The translations under genes were made by a program, and so were the position numbers. From the NCBI GenBank assembly GCA_014132315.1, contig BLZN01000132.1, forward strand, positions 1 through 58,334: 58,334 bases of DNA. The letters run 5' to 3'. The notes beneath the pieces were generated by a model. It was not told the origin of the DNA. It made no database searches and saw nothing but the letters and a program-made list of their open reading frames with translations. Source of the DNA: Rickettsiales bacterium. Its GTDB lineage: Bacteria; Pseudomonadota; Alphaproteobacteria; Rickettsiales; BLZN01. Shown piece by piece: positions 1 through 9,333 of the stretch; the stretch's first letter is position 1, and every line of letters begins with the position of its first letter.

Positions 1-516
1 ATAATATATATAAGAATAGTTTTAATAATAAATTTAATAATAGATACCTAGTTTAACAAAAAAGCGAAGCAAGCGGCGATACTTAATGCAAAAAAGCACC
101 AAAGGGCTTAAAAAATAGCGGTGCGTTTTAGTGCAAAGCCTGAACTGAGCCATATAGCTTTTTTTGGCATCTCGGCTAAAATATAGGTCAGGCCTTAACT
201 CCATATTTTTGTCTTTTAAGGAGCAAGGCAGAATGGCCAAATACATGGGTAATTATAAATATCATTATTTATAATTAATAAATTTATTAAGTAAAAAAAT
301 ATATCAACGGAAGTAAGAGACGCCTCTGATTTGTGACTGGCAGCAAATTCAATGAGTTACAACTAAGAACAAGCCAAAAGTCAGAGGAGTAGCTTATGCC
401 CTGGTACAAGCTACACATATCCCATCAGGGGTAAAAAAGAATGTTCAGGCATTGCTTATTTTGCCCGGCGCAGTGCATCCGGCGCTGCGGATCCGAGATT
501 GAACCGAGTATACTAA

Positions 517-1386
517 TTAAACCTTATTCATTTTTCTCAATATAACACACCTGACTATTCCTGATAAATCTTTTGCGCTGTCACATACCTCAAACCCATA
601 ATATTTAGCCAGCCTAAGTATGCCAATATACTGATGCCGGCCTATCTCCATAACAAGGAACCCGCGGAGCTTCAGCAACTTTTTTGCGATTAACAAGATT
701 TGTCTGTAGCAAATCAATCCATCTACCCCGCCATCTAAAGCCAGGCGCGGCTCATGCTTTGAGACTTCATAGTGCACCAAATGGCTGCTTTGGATATACG
801 GCGGGTTGCTGATGAGCAAATTAAACTTATGAGCAAAAATCCCGCTGTCACAGCAAGAACACCAAGACCGCAGCAAGAACAGCGCCCTATTCATCAGACC
901 TAGCCTTGCAGCATTGGTGCGCGCAACAAAGCAAGCTTGCTGACTCTTCTCAATCCCGATGCCATAAGCATTGCGATACTCGGCCAATAAACTAAGCAAT
1001 AAACATCCGCTGCCACTGCCCAAATCCAGCATCCGCAAAGCCAGAGATTTATTCTTATATAAAAGCAACGCTTGCTCTATGAGAGTTTCGCTGCTTGGAC
1101 GGGGATCCAAAACATGCTCATTCACAAAAAAACTAGAGCACCAAAAGTCTCGCTTTTTTAATATATGCGATATAGGCTCTTGTTTTGCCCTGCGCTTTAT
1201 CTTGCACAAAAATTCCTTGGCTCTTGAATAAGAAACTGGCTCGTTCGGATGAATAATTATACTCTCTCTGGTAGACGCCGAAACATCAGCGAGTATCAGC
1301 TCTGCATCCAAGGAATAACTTGATAAATTTGCTTGATATAAGATTTGCTTTGCCCGCTGGAGCAAAGAACCGGTGCTCATGGTCAT
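517..1386 (-). CDS. prmC: Release-factor glutamine N5-methyltransferase (HemK/PrmC)
   Basis: 289-aa ORF with SAM-binding loop MLDLGSGSGCLLL and catalytic NPPY (LLISNPPYIQ). Lies 8 nt downstream of def on the same strand. Confidence 0.9.
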   Translation of the reverse strand: MTMSTGSLLQRAKQILYQANLSSYSLDAELILADVSASTRESIIIHPNEPVSYSRAKEFLCKIKRRAKQEPISHILKKRDFWCSSFFVNEHVLDPRPSSETLIEQALLLYKNKSLALRMLDLGSGSGCLLLSLLAEYRNAYGIGIEKSQQACFVARTNAARLGLMNRALFLLRSWCSCCDSGIFAHKFNLLISNPPYIQSSHLVHYEVSKHEPRLALDGGVDGLICYRQILLIAKKLLKLRGFLVMEIGRHQYIGILRLAKYYGFEVCDSAKDLSGIVRCVILRKMNKV

Positions 1387-1394
1387 TTAAGCAC

Positions 1395-1955
1395 TTAAGC
1401 TGAGCTAGCGCTTTTTGAGCGCTTACGCATTTTAGCCATGATTTTTTCGCGTTTAATCTGTGGGATATGGTCAACAAACACCACCCCATTAGTGTGGTCA
1501 ATTTCATGCTGTAGGCTAGTTGCCAGCAAACCATTAGCTGTAATAACTTGCTCCACACCATAATAATCCAAATAGCGCATTTTTATGGTTTTCGGCCTGG
1601 TGACCTTAGAGCTCTCGCCCGGAAAAGACAAACAACCCTCCATATAATCGCTTTTTTCCTCAGAAGAATGAATAATTTTTGGGTTGCATACGAACAAAGG
1701 CTTTGTATAGCCCAAATCAGTATCAGAACGCGCATCAGGCGGATCCACCTTGTGGCTGCTGTTGCGAATATGTACCGCCAAAACACGTTTATGCTCACCA
1801 ACCTGCACCGCAGCCAGGCCAATTCCTCCGTGTTTATACATCGTTTCTAGCATGTCATCGAAAAGCTTGCGTATCTCGTCATCCACTTGCTCAACATCGC
1901 TAGAGCAAACAAATAAACGTTTATCAGGGGCAGTAACTAAAGTTAATATAGTCAT
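1395..1955 (-). CDS. def: Peptide deformylase
   Basis: 186 aa with the three PDF motifs GIGLAAVQVG, EGCLSFPG and QHEIDH. GAGG Shine-Dalgarno sits 4-5 nt before the ATG. Confidence 0.95.
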   Translation of the reverse strand: MTILTLVTAPDKRLFVCSSDVEQVDDEIRKLFDDMLETMYKHGGIGLAAVQVGEHKRVLAVHIRNSSHKVDPPDARSDTDLGYTKPLFVCNPKIIHSSEEKSDYMEGCLSFPGESSKVTRPKTIKMRYLDYYGVEQVITANGLLATSLQHEIDHTNGVVFVDHIPQIKREKIMAKMRKRSKSASSA

Positions 1956-2029
1956 AATACCTCAATGACAGCTAAATTTGAACCTTGAACACTAACGATA
2001 ATGCTTGACTTCGTCATAGTATCATACAA

Positions 2030-4294
2030 TCAGCGAATATAGTCAAATTTCAGCTTGCTGCCTTTTGCAGATAGATTAACCTTGCTGCCTTTAGGCAAAT
2101 TATTAGAAATAATGTCGTGGGCTAATTTTTTCTTGACTTGATCAACAATAAATCTTTCAACATGACGCACGCCATATTTATGCTCATAGCCCTTCATTAA
2201 AAATTTTCTTGCTGCCTGATCCAAATTTAGCTTCACCTGATGAGCAGCAAGCTGCTTATTTAGATCAACAACAAACTTGTCAATTATGCTAAAAATCAGC
2301 TGTTCATTCAAGCTTTTGAACTTTATAATCGAATCTATACGATTCAGGAATTCCGGGGTAAATGCCTTTTCCAAGACCTTGATGCTGCCAGAATCTGCAA
2401 AAGCATTCTCAAAACCCACCGGGGTATTATGAAAGTCCTCCACACCCGCATTGGTGGTCATTATAATCACGGCATTACGAAAGCTCACCTTGCGCCCATT
2501 AGAATCAGTAAGCACTCCATAATCCATAATCTGCAGCATTATATTCAGCACGTCACGATGTGCTTTTTCTGTCTCATCCAGCAACAACACGCAATAAGGA
2601 TTCGTCGCCACAGAATCGGTCAAAAATCCGCCCTGCTCGTGGCCAACATAGCCCGGAGGAGAGCCCACCATCCTCGAGATCGAATGAGACTCCATATATT
2701 CTGACATATCAATCCGCACCAGATGCATGTTCATATGCGAAGCAAATTGCTTGGCAAGTTCCGTTTTGCCAACGCCGGTGGGGCCATAAAAAATATAACA
2801 TCCCAGGGGTCTGTTGGGGTTACGTAGCTCAGCTTTTGCTAATTTAATAGAGCTCACCAGCGCGGCTATTGCCTCATCCTGACCAAAGATAGCATGACGC
2901 AGAGAGCTCTCAAGAGTTTTTAGTTTACTTCTGTCATCCAAAGCAATTTTGTTGCACGGCACCTTTATCATGCGGGCCACAGTATCAGTGATATCCTGAG
3001 TGGCAATGCTTTTTTTCTTATTTGCTTTCAGCTTGCTATAAGAGCCTGCACTATCCATAACGTCCACCGCCTTGTCAGGCATAGCCTCATTATGGATATA
3101 TCTATCCGACAGCACCGCTGCGGCCTTGATGGCATCATTGCTATATCGCACATCATGATATTTTTCATAGTATGGCCTCAAACCCTGAAGTATTTTCACA
3201 GTAGATTCCACCGAAGACTCCTCAATCACAATCTTGTCGAAACGACGATCCAGGGCTCGATCCTTGCTAAGATAACGCGTATATTCCTTGTGAGTCGTAG
3301 CACCAATACAGCGGAGCAGGCCCCTGGCTAGCGCAGGCTTAAGCAAATTACTTGCATCAATAGAGCCTCCATTGGTAGCTCCAGCGCCGATTATGGTATG
3401 CACCTCATCGATGAATAAAATAACTTCAGACCTGCTCTCGATATCTTGAATGATCATCTTCATCCTTTCCTCAAAATCACCCCTATAGCGCGTTCCAGCC
3501 AGCAAGGAGCCCATGTCAAGAGCAAATATAACATTATCCTTTAACATATCGGGCACCTGCCCCTGTACAATTCTCAGGGCTAGCCCTTCAACTATAGCAG
3601 TTTTGCCAACTCCAGGTTCACCAACATATAGCGGGTTGTTCTTGGTGCGGCGCATCAGAACCTCAATTGTCCTCTCGATTTCCTGATCCCTGCCCACCAA
3701 TATATCAATCTTGCCTTGTCTGGCCTTATCATTCAGATTAATGCAGTAGCTGCTTAAAAAATCATGGTTTTTGCTGTCTTTGCTCTGAATCAAGTCTCGA
3801 CTAGCAATGCTAGACAAAAAGCTAATTTCGTTGCTATAGGGATTGCTTATATCTTGGCTGTTAGAGATCGCGATCTCATTATGTATAAAGCTAACTATAT
3901 CAACAGAATTAACGCTTTGCTCGCCAAGAAAATAAAAACCATAGGAGTCGCTTTCAGACAAAATCTGCAGCAGCACATGCACCGCACAAACCTCATCGCT
4001 GCCACTGGCACGAGCATAAAACATAGCGCGCTGCAAAACCTGTCTGAATTTATCAGTGGATTTTACCTCATCCATGCTGTGCAGCGTTACAACGCTAAAC
4101 TCATAATTTAGAAAATTATATAGATTATTTCTAAGTAATTCGATGTTGGCACCACAATTCACAAGAATACTGCAAACCTCTGTGTCCTCAGCCAAAGCCA
4201 AAAATAAATGCTCCAGCGTCACATACTCATGATGAAATTGATAGGCTAAAGATACCGCTCTATAAATCACTAACTCAAGATTTTTTGATAGCAT
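2030..4294 (-). CDS. clpA: ATP-dependent Clp protease ATP-binding subunit ClpA
   Basis: 754 aa with N-terminal Clp_N repeats and two AAA+ modules (Walker A GEPGVGKT and GPTGVGKT). No long ClpB-type middle domain. Immediately preceded by clpS. Confidence 0.93.
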   Translation of the reverse strand: MLSKNLELVIYRAVSLAYQFHHEYVTLEHLFLALAEDTEVCSILVNCGANIELLRNNLYNFLNYEFSVVTLHSMDEVKSTDKFRQVLQRAMFYARASGSDEVCAVHVLLQILSESDSYGFYFLGEQSVNSVDIVSFIHNEIAISNSQDISNPYSNEISFLSSIASRDLIQSKDSKNHDFLSSYCINLNDKARQGKIDILVGRDQEIERTIEVLMRRTKNNPLYVGEPGVGKTAIVEGLALRIVQGQVPDMLKDNVIFALDMGSLLAGTRYRGDFEERMKMIIQDIESRSEVILFIDEVHTIIGAGATNGGSIDASNLLKPALARGLLRCIGATTHKEYTRYLSKDRALDRRFDKIVIEESSVESTVKILQGLRPYYEKYHDVRYSNDAIKAAAVLSDRYIHNEAMPDKAVDVMDSAGSYSKLKANKKKSIATQDITDTVARMIKVPCNKIALDDRSKLKTLESSLRHAIFGQDEAIAALVSSIKLAKAELRNPNRPLGCYIFYGPTGVGKTELAKQFASHMNMHLVRIDMSEYMESHSISRMVGSPPGYVGHEQGGFLTDSVATNPYCVLLLDETEKAHRDVLNIMLQIMDYGVLTDSNGRKVSFRNAVIIMTTNAGVEDFHNTPVGFENAFADSGSIKVLEKAFTPEFLNRIDSIIKFKSLNEQLIFSIIDKFVVDLNKQLAAHQVKLNLDQAARKFLMKGYEHKYGVRHVERFIVDQVKKKLAHDIISNNLPKGSKVNLSAKGSKLKFDYIR

Positions 4295-4628
4295 AACTAA
4301 AGCTCCTCTGCATCATAATTGAATTAAACTGATAATTATTCTCCGTTGCATATTTGGATATCTCGCTTACTTTAGTTTCAGCAATATCTTTAGTGTAAAT
4401 ACCGCATAAAGCATAGCCACACTTCGCAACTTTTGATAAAATTTCGCTAACTCTGGCTTGATCAAGATGAAAATGCCTCTGAAGAATGCTAGTCACAAAT
4501 TGCTCTGGTGCCAGCTTATTCTCCAAAAGCCAAATATTATACATGCAAGGCTGAGTAATTTTGGTATCCTGGGCACTCAAATCAAAATTTAATATGCCCT
4601 GCACTACCTTCTTCACATCCTTATTCAT
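4275..4628 (-). CDS. clpS: ClpS adaptor protein
   Basis: The ORF track gives 4275..4661. The core (PCMYNIWLLEN..., ALCGIYTKDIAETKV) matches the ClpS fold pattern. I prefer the internal ATG at 4628 (MNKDVKK...). Overlaps the clpA start by 20 nt. Confidence 0.8.
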   Translation of the reverse strand: MNKDVKKVVQGILNFDLSAQDTKITQPCMYNIWLLENKLAPEQFVTSILQRHFHLDQARVSEILSKVAKCGYALCGIYTKDIAETKVSEISKYATENNYQFNSIMMQRSFSYAIKKS

Positions 4629-4845
4629 AGCGCCTCTATAAACAATATATAATAACAACATACAGCAATAATCCTTAAAAAGAGGTTAGCCGCATAAATG
4701 TCAGTAATTTATTAACCAAATAGTAAATAATAAATTAATAATATAAAAAGAAGACAAAAATCGAATATATGATGTTAGACTATAGGTCGCAACCCCGGGT
4801 ATTTTGCCGCATCCATAATCACAATATCATCATTTATAAAAGTAT

Positions 4846-5469
4846 ATGTTAATAATAATAGATAACTACGATAGTTTTACCTATAACCTGTATCACTACC
4901 TGCTGGAGATGGAGCAAAAAATAATAGTAAAACGCAACGATGCCATCACAATCACAGAAATCAGGGCGCTCCAGCCGAAAGCGATTATAATATCGCCCGG
5001 ACCATGCGGCCCGAACGAATCCGGGATATGCCTGGAGCTGATAAAAAATTTCTCTGGCCAGATCCCAATTCTAGGTATATGCCTGGGTCATCAGGCCATA
5101 GGACAAGCATTTGGCGCAAAAATAATCCGAGCTCAGAGACCAATGCACGGCAAAACCTCCCTGATTAGGCATCATGGCTCAGCCTTGTTCAAAGACATCC
5201 CCACAAACTTTGAAGCAACGCGCTATCACTCGCTGATCATCGAGAGAGACGCAATACCGAAATGCCTCAAAATCACCGCTGAAACTAAACAAGGGGAGGT
5301 AATGGCCATAGAGCATGGACAATACTTGGTTTTCGGGATGCAATTCCATCCCGAAAGTATTCTGTCAGAATGCGGAAAAGCACTATTGAGAAATTTTCTC
5401 CACATTGCAAGATCACAAAACCATAGCACCGGCCAATCAGAGTTCTCAAGCAGGCTAGGCAGCCTATAA
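4846..5469 (+). CDS. pabA: Glutamine amidotransferase component II of anthranilate/aminodeoxychorismate synthase (TrpG/PabA)
   Basis: 207 aa class-I GATase with catalytic Cys in ILGICLGHQAIG and His/Glu in MQFHPES. The pabA versus trpG assignment cannot be made from sequence alone. Confidence 0.85.
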   Translation: MLIIIDNYDSFTYNLYHYLLEMEQKIIVKRNDAITITEIRALQPKAIIISPGPCGPNESGICLELIKNFSGQIPILGICLGHQAIGQAFGAKIIRAQRPMHGKTSLIRHHGSALFKDIPTNFEATRYHSLIIERDAIPKCLKITAETKQGEVMAIEHGQYLVFGMQFHPESILSECGKALLRNFLHIARSQNHSTGQSEFSSRLGSL

Positions 5470-5835
5470 GCCGAGTTCTGTCAAAGCGGTTATTCATCTA
5501 GGAAAAATGTTGCCATTTTTCTCTTGCGGTCCACCCAGGTAGCCAACACAGGAAGAATGTCTGCTTATATAAAGCATGCTACCTTTATTCGACCTTGCTC
5601 TCAGTGAGGGTTACCTCTGCCTTGCGTGTTGCCACGCAAGCGGTGCGCTCTTACCGCACCTTTTCACCCTTACCCGCCAAAAGACAGGCGGTAATTTTCT
5701 GTGGCCCTTTCTCTAGGGTCTCCCCCGATGGTCATTAGCCATCACTGTCTTCCCGTAGAGCTCGGACTTTCCTCTGCGTCTCATAAAGCTTGAGCTTTAA
5801 GCTCTCCAGCACAGCAACCGCTCAGCTGCCTAGCC
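5453..5835 (-). ncRNA. rnpB: RNase P RNA (bacterial type A)
   Basis: Read on the minus strand: 5' GGCTAGGCAGC ... GCAGAGGAAAGTCCGAGCTC (P4 5' strand) ... GGGTAAGGGTGAAAAGGTGCGGTAAGAGCGCACC ... ACAGAACTCGGCTTATAGGCTGCCTAGCC 3'. The 11-nt termini (5825-5835 and 5453-5463) are perfectly complementary and form P1. Confidence 0.92.
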
Positions 5836-5903
5836 CAAATATATCATACAACAATCCATGCATTTATAAAGTATATTTTTGGCTATATGCCTCAGGCTTA
5901 GAC

Positions 5904-6641
5904 TTAAAAAACCCTGCGGGCCAAGGTCAGTGCTCTAATTTCTTTGGCGCCAGCTTTGATCAACTCCTTGCTGCATTCGTCTACAGTAGCACCAGTGGTG
6001 AATAGGTCATCCACCAGCAAAACAGTCTTGTTGGTCAATACCTCTTTATCTCGCGCTTTAAATGCACCACGTACATTCTCCACTCTTTGTGCATTTGTCA
6101 TCAGCTTACGTTGGTACTCAGTATTCTTCTCCCTTATCAAGGCCCTCGGCCTGAGGGGAATACGATAAATCTTAGCAATAGTCTTCGCCAGCAGCACAGC
6201 TTGATTATACTTCCTCTTCAACAGCCTCCGACGATGCAGTGGCACAGGAACCACAATATCCACACCGCTCATCAGCTCACGACCAACATAAGCCATGCAG
6301 GCACCCAGGAACTTAGCTGTGTGAGTACGATCACGATACTTCAAGTCATACATCAACTCCTTACTGTCCTCATCCCAAACAAAAACTGACCTCATCTTGC
6401 TAAACTGATATCTCTTATATCTCCTCTGCAAACATGTGGCACAGAAATGTTCGCTGCCGGCATTGTCCACAAACAGCGGAAAACCGCAGCACTCACAATA
6501 AGGCGGAGCGATGAAATGCATTTTGTTATGGCATCCGTCGCAGAATCCAATCTCTGCAATAATCTCATTACAAAGCAGACACCTGTGCGGAAGCAGCAAA
6601 TTTATTAGGCCGCTAGCCGCCCTGCCGAGCTTATCAAGCAT
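5904..6641 (-). CDS. comF: ComF family protein (PRTase-domain, ComFC-like)
   Basis: 245 aa with N-terminal paired Cys zinc-finger motifs (CLLCNE, CDGC, CECCG, CATC) and a C-terminal PRTase loop VLLVDDLFTTGATV. Confidence 0.85.
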   Translation of the reverse strand: MLDKLGRAASGLINLLLPHRCLLCNEIIAEIGFCDGCHNKMHFIAPPYCECCGFPLFVDNAGSEHFCATCLQRRYKRYQFSKMRSVFVWDEDSKELMYDLKYRDRTHTAKFLGACMAYVGRELMSGVDIVVPVPLHRRRLLKRKYNQAVLLAKTIAKIYRIPLRPRALIREKNTEYQRKLMTNAQRVENVRGAFKARDKEVLTNKTVLLVDDLFTTGATVDECSKELIKAGAKEIRALTLARRVF

Positions 6642-6653
6642 AGATTTATCTAG

Positions 6654-7604
6654 CTATGCACCCAAAGTCTCCAACCCCAATCTGGCAAAGATTGCCCGGT
6701 CAGATTCGTGTGCAGGATTACCAGTGGTCAACAACTTTTCACCGTAAAATATGGAGTTGGCCCCAGCAAAAAAGCAAAGCGCCTGCATTTCTTCAGACAT
6801 AGTCTCGCGTCCTGCGGCGAGCCTTACAAAAGATCTGGGCATCATAATTCTGGCCACTGCAACGGTGCGGATAAAATCAAAATTTTCTATCTTTTCCTGC
6901 TCAGCAAGGGGCGTGCCTTCTATCGGCACCAGACGATTGATCGGCACCGAGACCGGATGATTCTCGAGATTTGCCAGAGTCATCAGCATCTTTGCTCGAT
7001 CAGCCACAGACTCTCCCATGCCAACAATGCCTCCGCTGCAAGTCTTGATGTCCGCATCACACACGTTCTTTATGGTATCAAGCCTATCCTGGTAGGTACG
7101 CGTAGTGATAATGTTATGGTAAAAATCTTCAGAAGTATCTATATTATGATTGTAAAAATCTAAACCTGCTTGCTTCAAAATCTGCAACTGCTCCAAAGTT
7201 GCCATTCCTGCAGAAAGACATGCCTCCAACCCTAGCTTCTTTACCTCCTTAACCGCAGCTGCAAGTTTATCTAAATCCCTATTGCGCAAGCTACGCCAGG
7301 CAGCACCCATGCAAAAACGAGATGCACCGGCCGATTTAGCCCGCATTGCCGCTTCCACTATGTCTTCTATTTCCATAAAATTTTTATTTTCTATATTAGT
7401 TTTATATCGTGCACTCTGAGCACAATATCTGCAATTTTCCGGACACTTGCCAGTCTTGATGCTGAGCAAGGTGCAAAGCTGGATAGCATTAGGGTCAAAA
7501 TAATTGCGAAATACACTATGAGCCTCGAATAAAAGGTCGTTAAGGGGCTTTTGGAATAGATCCATAACCTCATCCAATCTCCAATCATGCTTAATTAAAC
7601 TCAT
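6654..7604 (-). CDS. bioB: Biotin synthase
   Basis: 316 aa with radical-SAM cluster [11 protein letters not shown] and the typical BioB C-terminal region ([12 protein letters not shown]-like [15 protein letters not shown]). Confidence 0.93.
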   Translation of the reverse strand: MSLIKHDWRLDEVMDLFQKPLNDLLFEAHSVFRNYFDPNAIQLCTLLSIKTGKCPENCRYCAQSARYKTNIENKNFMEIEDIVEAAMRAKSAGASRFCMGAAWRSLRNRDLDKLAAAVKEVKKLGLEACLSAGMATLEQLQILKQAGLDFYNHNIDTSEDFYHNIITTRTYQDRLDTIKNVCDADIKTCSGGIVGMGESVADRAKMLMTLANLENHPVSVPINRLVPIEGTPLAEQEKIENFDFIRTVAVARIMMPRSFVRLAAGRETMSEEMQALCFFAGANSIFYGEKLLTTGNPAHESDRAIFARLGLETLGA

Positions 7605-7672
7605 AACAAAAAATATATAGGATTTTATAATATATTAAATTTTATTATCTTATAAAATTTATAAATTTTCAC

Positions 7673-9202
7673 TCACAAAGGCAAATTACCATGTTTGCGC
7701 CACAGACGGCTAGATTGCTTGTTTTTCAAAATTTCCAACGCTCTGCACAGACGATAGCGAGTTGAGCATGGCAATATTATATCATCAATAAACCCACGAG
7801 ATGCAGCAAGCAGGGGATTGGAAAATTTCTGTTTGTATTCGTCTATCAATTTCTTTCTCTGCTCTTCTGCACGCCCTCGGAATATAACCTCCACGGCACT
7901 TTCTGCTCCCATTACGGCTATCTCAGAAGAAGCCCAGGCATAATTTATATCGCCACTCAGGTGTTTTGAGTTCATCACGATATACGCGCCTCCATAAGCT
8001 TTCCTAGTGATAACAGTGATTTTCGGTACTGTTGCCTCAGCATATGCATAAAGCAGCTTTGCTCCATGTTTAATGATCCCCCCATGCTCCTGATGCAGAC
8101 CAGGCATAAATCCCGGTACATCCACAAGGGTAATCAGCGGAATGCCAAAGGCATCACAGAAACGCACAAAACGCGCTGCCTTGCGAGAAGAATTGATATC
8201 CAGACATCCTGCCAAGTGGGTGGGCTGATTGGCCACAAAACCTACGGTTGAGCTGCCCATCCTGCCAAAACCAATAATTATATTTTTTGCAAAATCAGGC
8301 TGTATTTCAAAAAAATCATTGTCATCCGCTATGCACGTAACTAACTCCTTCATGTCATATGGCTTGTTGGAATCCGCAAGCACCAAAGACTCCAAAAATT
8401 CGCTCTCTCTAGCAATATCATCATTACTTTCTCTGGTTGGCACTTTTGCCAAATTATTATCCGGCAGAAAGCTAATCAGCCTGCGCACTTCCAGCAAAGC
8501 CTCGATATCGTTATCAAAGACCAGATCAGTCACCCCAGTCTTGCCAGAATGCACCTCCGCACCCCCAAGATCTTCCTTGCTGATTTCCTCATACATCACT
8601 TTTTTGATCACATCAGGACCAGTGACGAACATATAAGAGATATTCCTGACCATAAATATAAAATCGGTGATAGCAGGAGAATACACAGCTCCGCCAGCGC
8701 AAGGGCCCATGATTAGGGAAATCTGCGGGATCACCCCTGATGCATCAACGTTGCGCTGGAAAATCTCGCCATAGCCCGCCAAAGAATCCACCCCTTCCTG
8801 GATCCTAGCGCCCCCTGAATCATTGATTCCTATCATAGGCGCACCGGCTTTGATTGCCATGTCAAACACATGACATATTTTTTTTGCATTTGCCTCGCTC
8901 AGCGAACCTCCTAGCACGGTAAAATCCTGTGAATATACAAAAACGGTGCGACCAAAAATAGTGCCGACCCCTGTTATTACACCATCGCCTGGAGTCTTTC
9001 TGTTTTCGAGACCAAAATTGCTGCATCTATGCTCGGCAAATGTCCCATATTCTTCAAAAGAACCGCTATCCAGCAAGACATTAATCCGTTCCTGCGCAGT
9101 CAGCTTGCCAACACTATGCTGTTTTTCTATGCTGTTTTTTGCTTTATCTGCATAAACAGTCGCTTTTTTGCTTATAGGCTCCTTTAGGACTGTCGTGGAC
9201 AT
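7673..9202 (-). CDS. pccB: Acyl-CoA carboxylase carboxyltransferase subunit (propionyl-CoA carboxylase beta-like)
   Basis: 509 aa with two carboxyltransferase half-domains. Length and sequence pattern ([37 protein letters not shown]) are typical of PccB/MmdA. Substrate is not resolvable by eye. Confidence 0.85.
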   Translation of the reverse strand: MSTTVLKEPISKKATVYADKAKNSIEKQHSVGKLTAQERINVLLDSGSFEEYGTFAEHRCSNFGLENRKTPGDGVITGVGTIFGRTVFVYSQDFTVLGGSLSEANAKKICHVFDMAIKAGAPMIGINDSGGARIQEGVDSLAGYGEIFQRNVDASGVIPQISLIMGPCAGGAVYSPAITDFIFMVRNISYMFVTGPDVIKKVMYEEISKEDLGGAEVHSGKTGVTDLVFDNDIEALLEVRRLISFLPDNNLAKVPTRESNDDIARESEFLESLVLADSNKPYDMKELVTCIADDNDFFEIQPDFAKNIIIGFGRMGSSTVGFVANQPTHLAGCLDINSSRKAARFVRFCDAFGIPLITLVDVPGFMPGLHQEHGGIIKHGAKLLYAYAEATVPKITVITRKAYGGAYIVMNSKHLSGDINYAWASSEIAVMGAESAVEVIFRGRAEEQRKKLIDEYKQKFSNPLLAASRGFIDDIILPCSTRYRLCRALEILKNKQSSRLWRKHGNLPL

Positions 9203-9333
9203 AAAAGCAATATCAAATCAATTAAGAAAATTAAGAATACAATAATGCAGCTGGCACTGCAATATAAAACTTATGGCCAGACAATTAGCGCAGTATAATA
9301 TTTACGCAATATTTAGTATATAAACTAAATTAA

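Noticed and set aside
34-246. 70-aa minus-strand ORF at the left edge
   Set aside because: The translation (MYLAILPCSLKDKNMELRPDLYF...) has no protein-like pattern or recognisable motif, and I saw no Shine-Dalgarno sequence. The segment looks more like non-coding or RNA-coding DNA.
233-274. 13-codon mini-ORF MAKYMGNYKYHYL preceded by AAGGAG (218-223), a possible Tyr-rich leader peptide
   Set aside because: There is no downstream plus-strand gene for it to regulate, since the next gene (prmC) is convergent. A short ORF plus an SD-like hexamer can easily arise by chance.
301-516. Possible tmRNA (including the two-piece alphaproteobacterial form)
   Set aside because: I found no T-arm with complementary stems; the GGTTCAATC on the minus strand is flanked by the non-complementary CTCGG and TCGGA. 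There is no acceptor-stem/CCA partner. No tag ORF ends in a hydrophobic xAA; the candidates end in ...SYN, ...SEE or ...VVTH.
7621-7672. AT-rich palindromes upstream of bioB (for example TATAAA-A-TTTATA) as BirA/BioR operators
   Set aside because: The spacer is almost pure A/T, so short palindromes are expected by chance. The closest BioR-like string (TTATCTTATAA) does not fit the TTATMKATAA pattern I remember.
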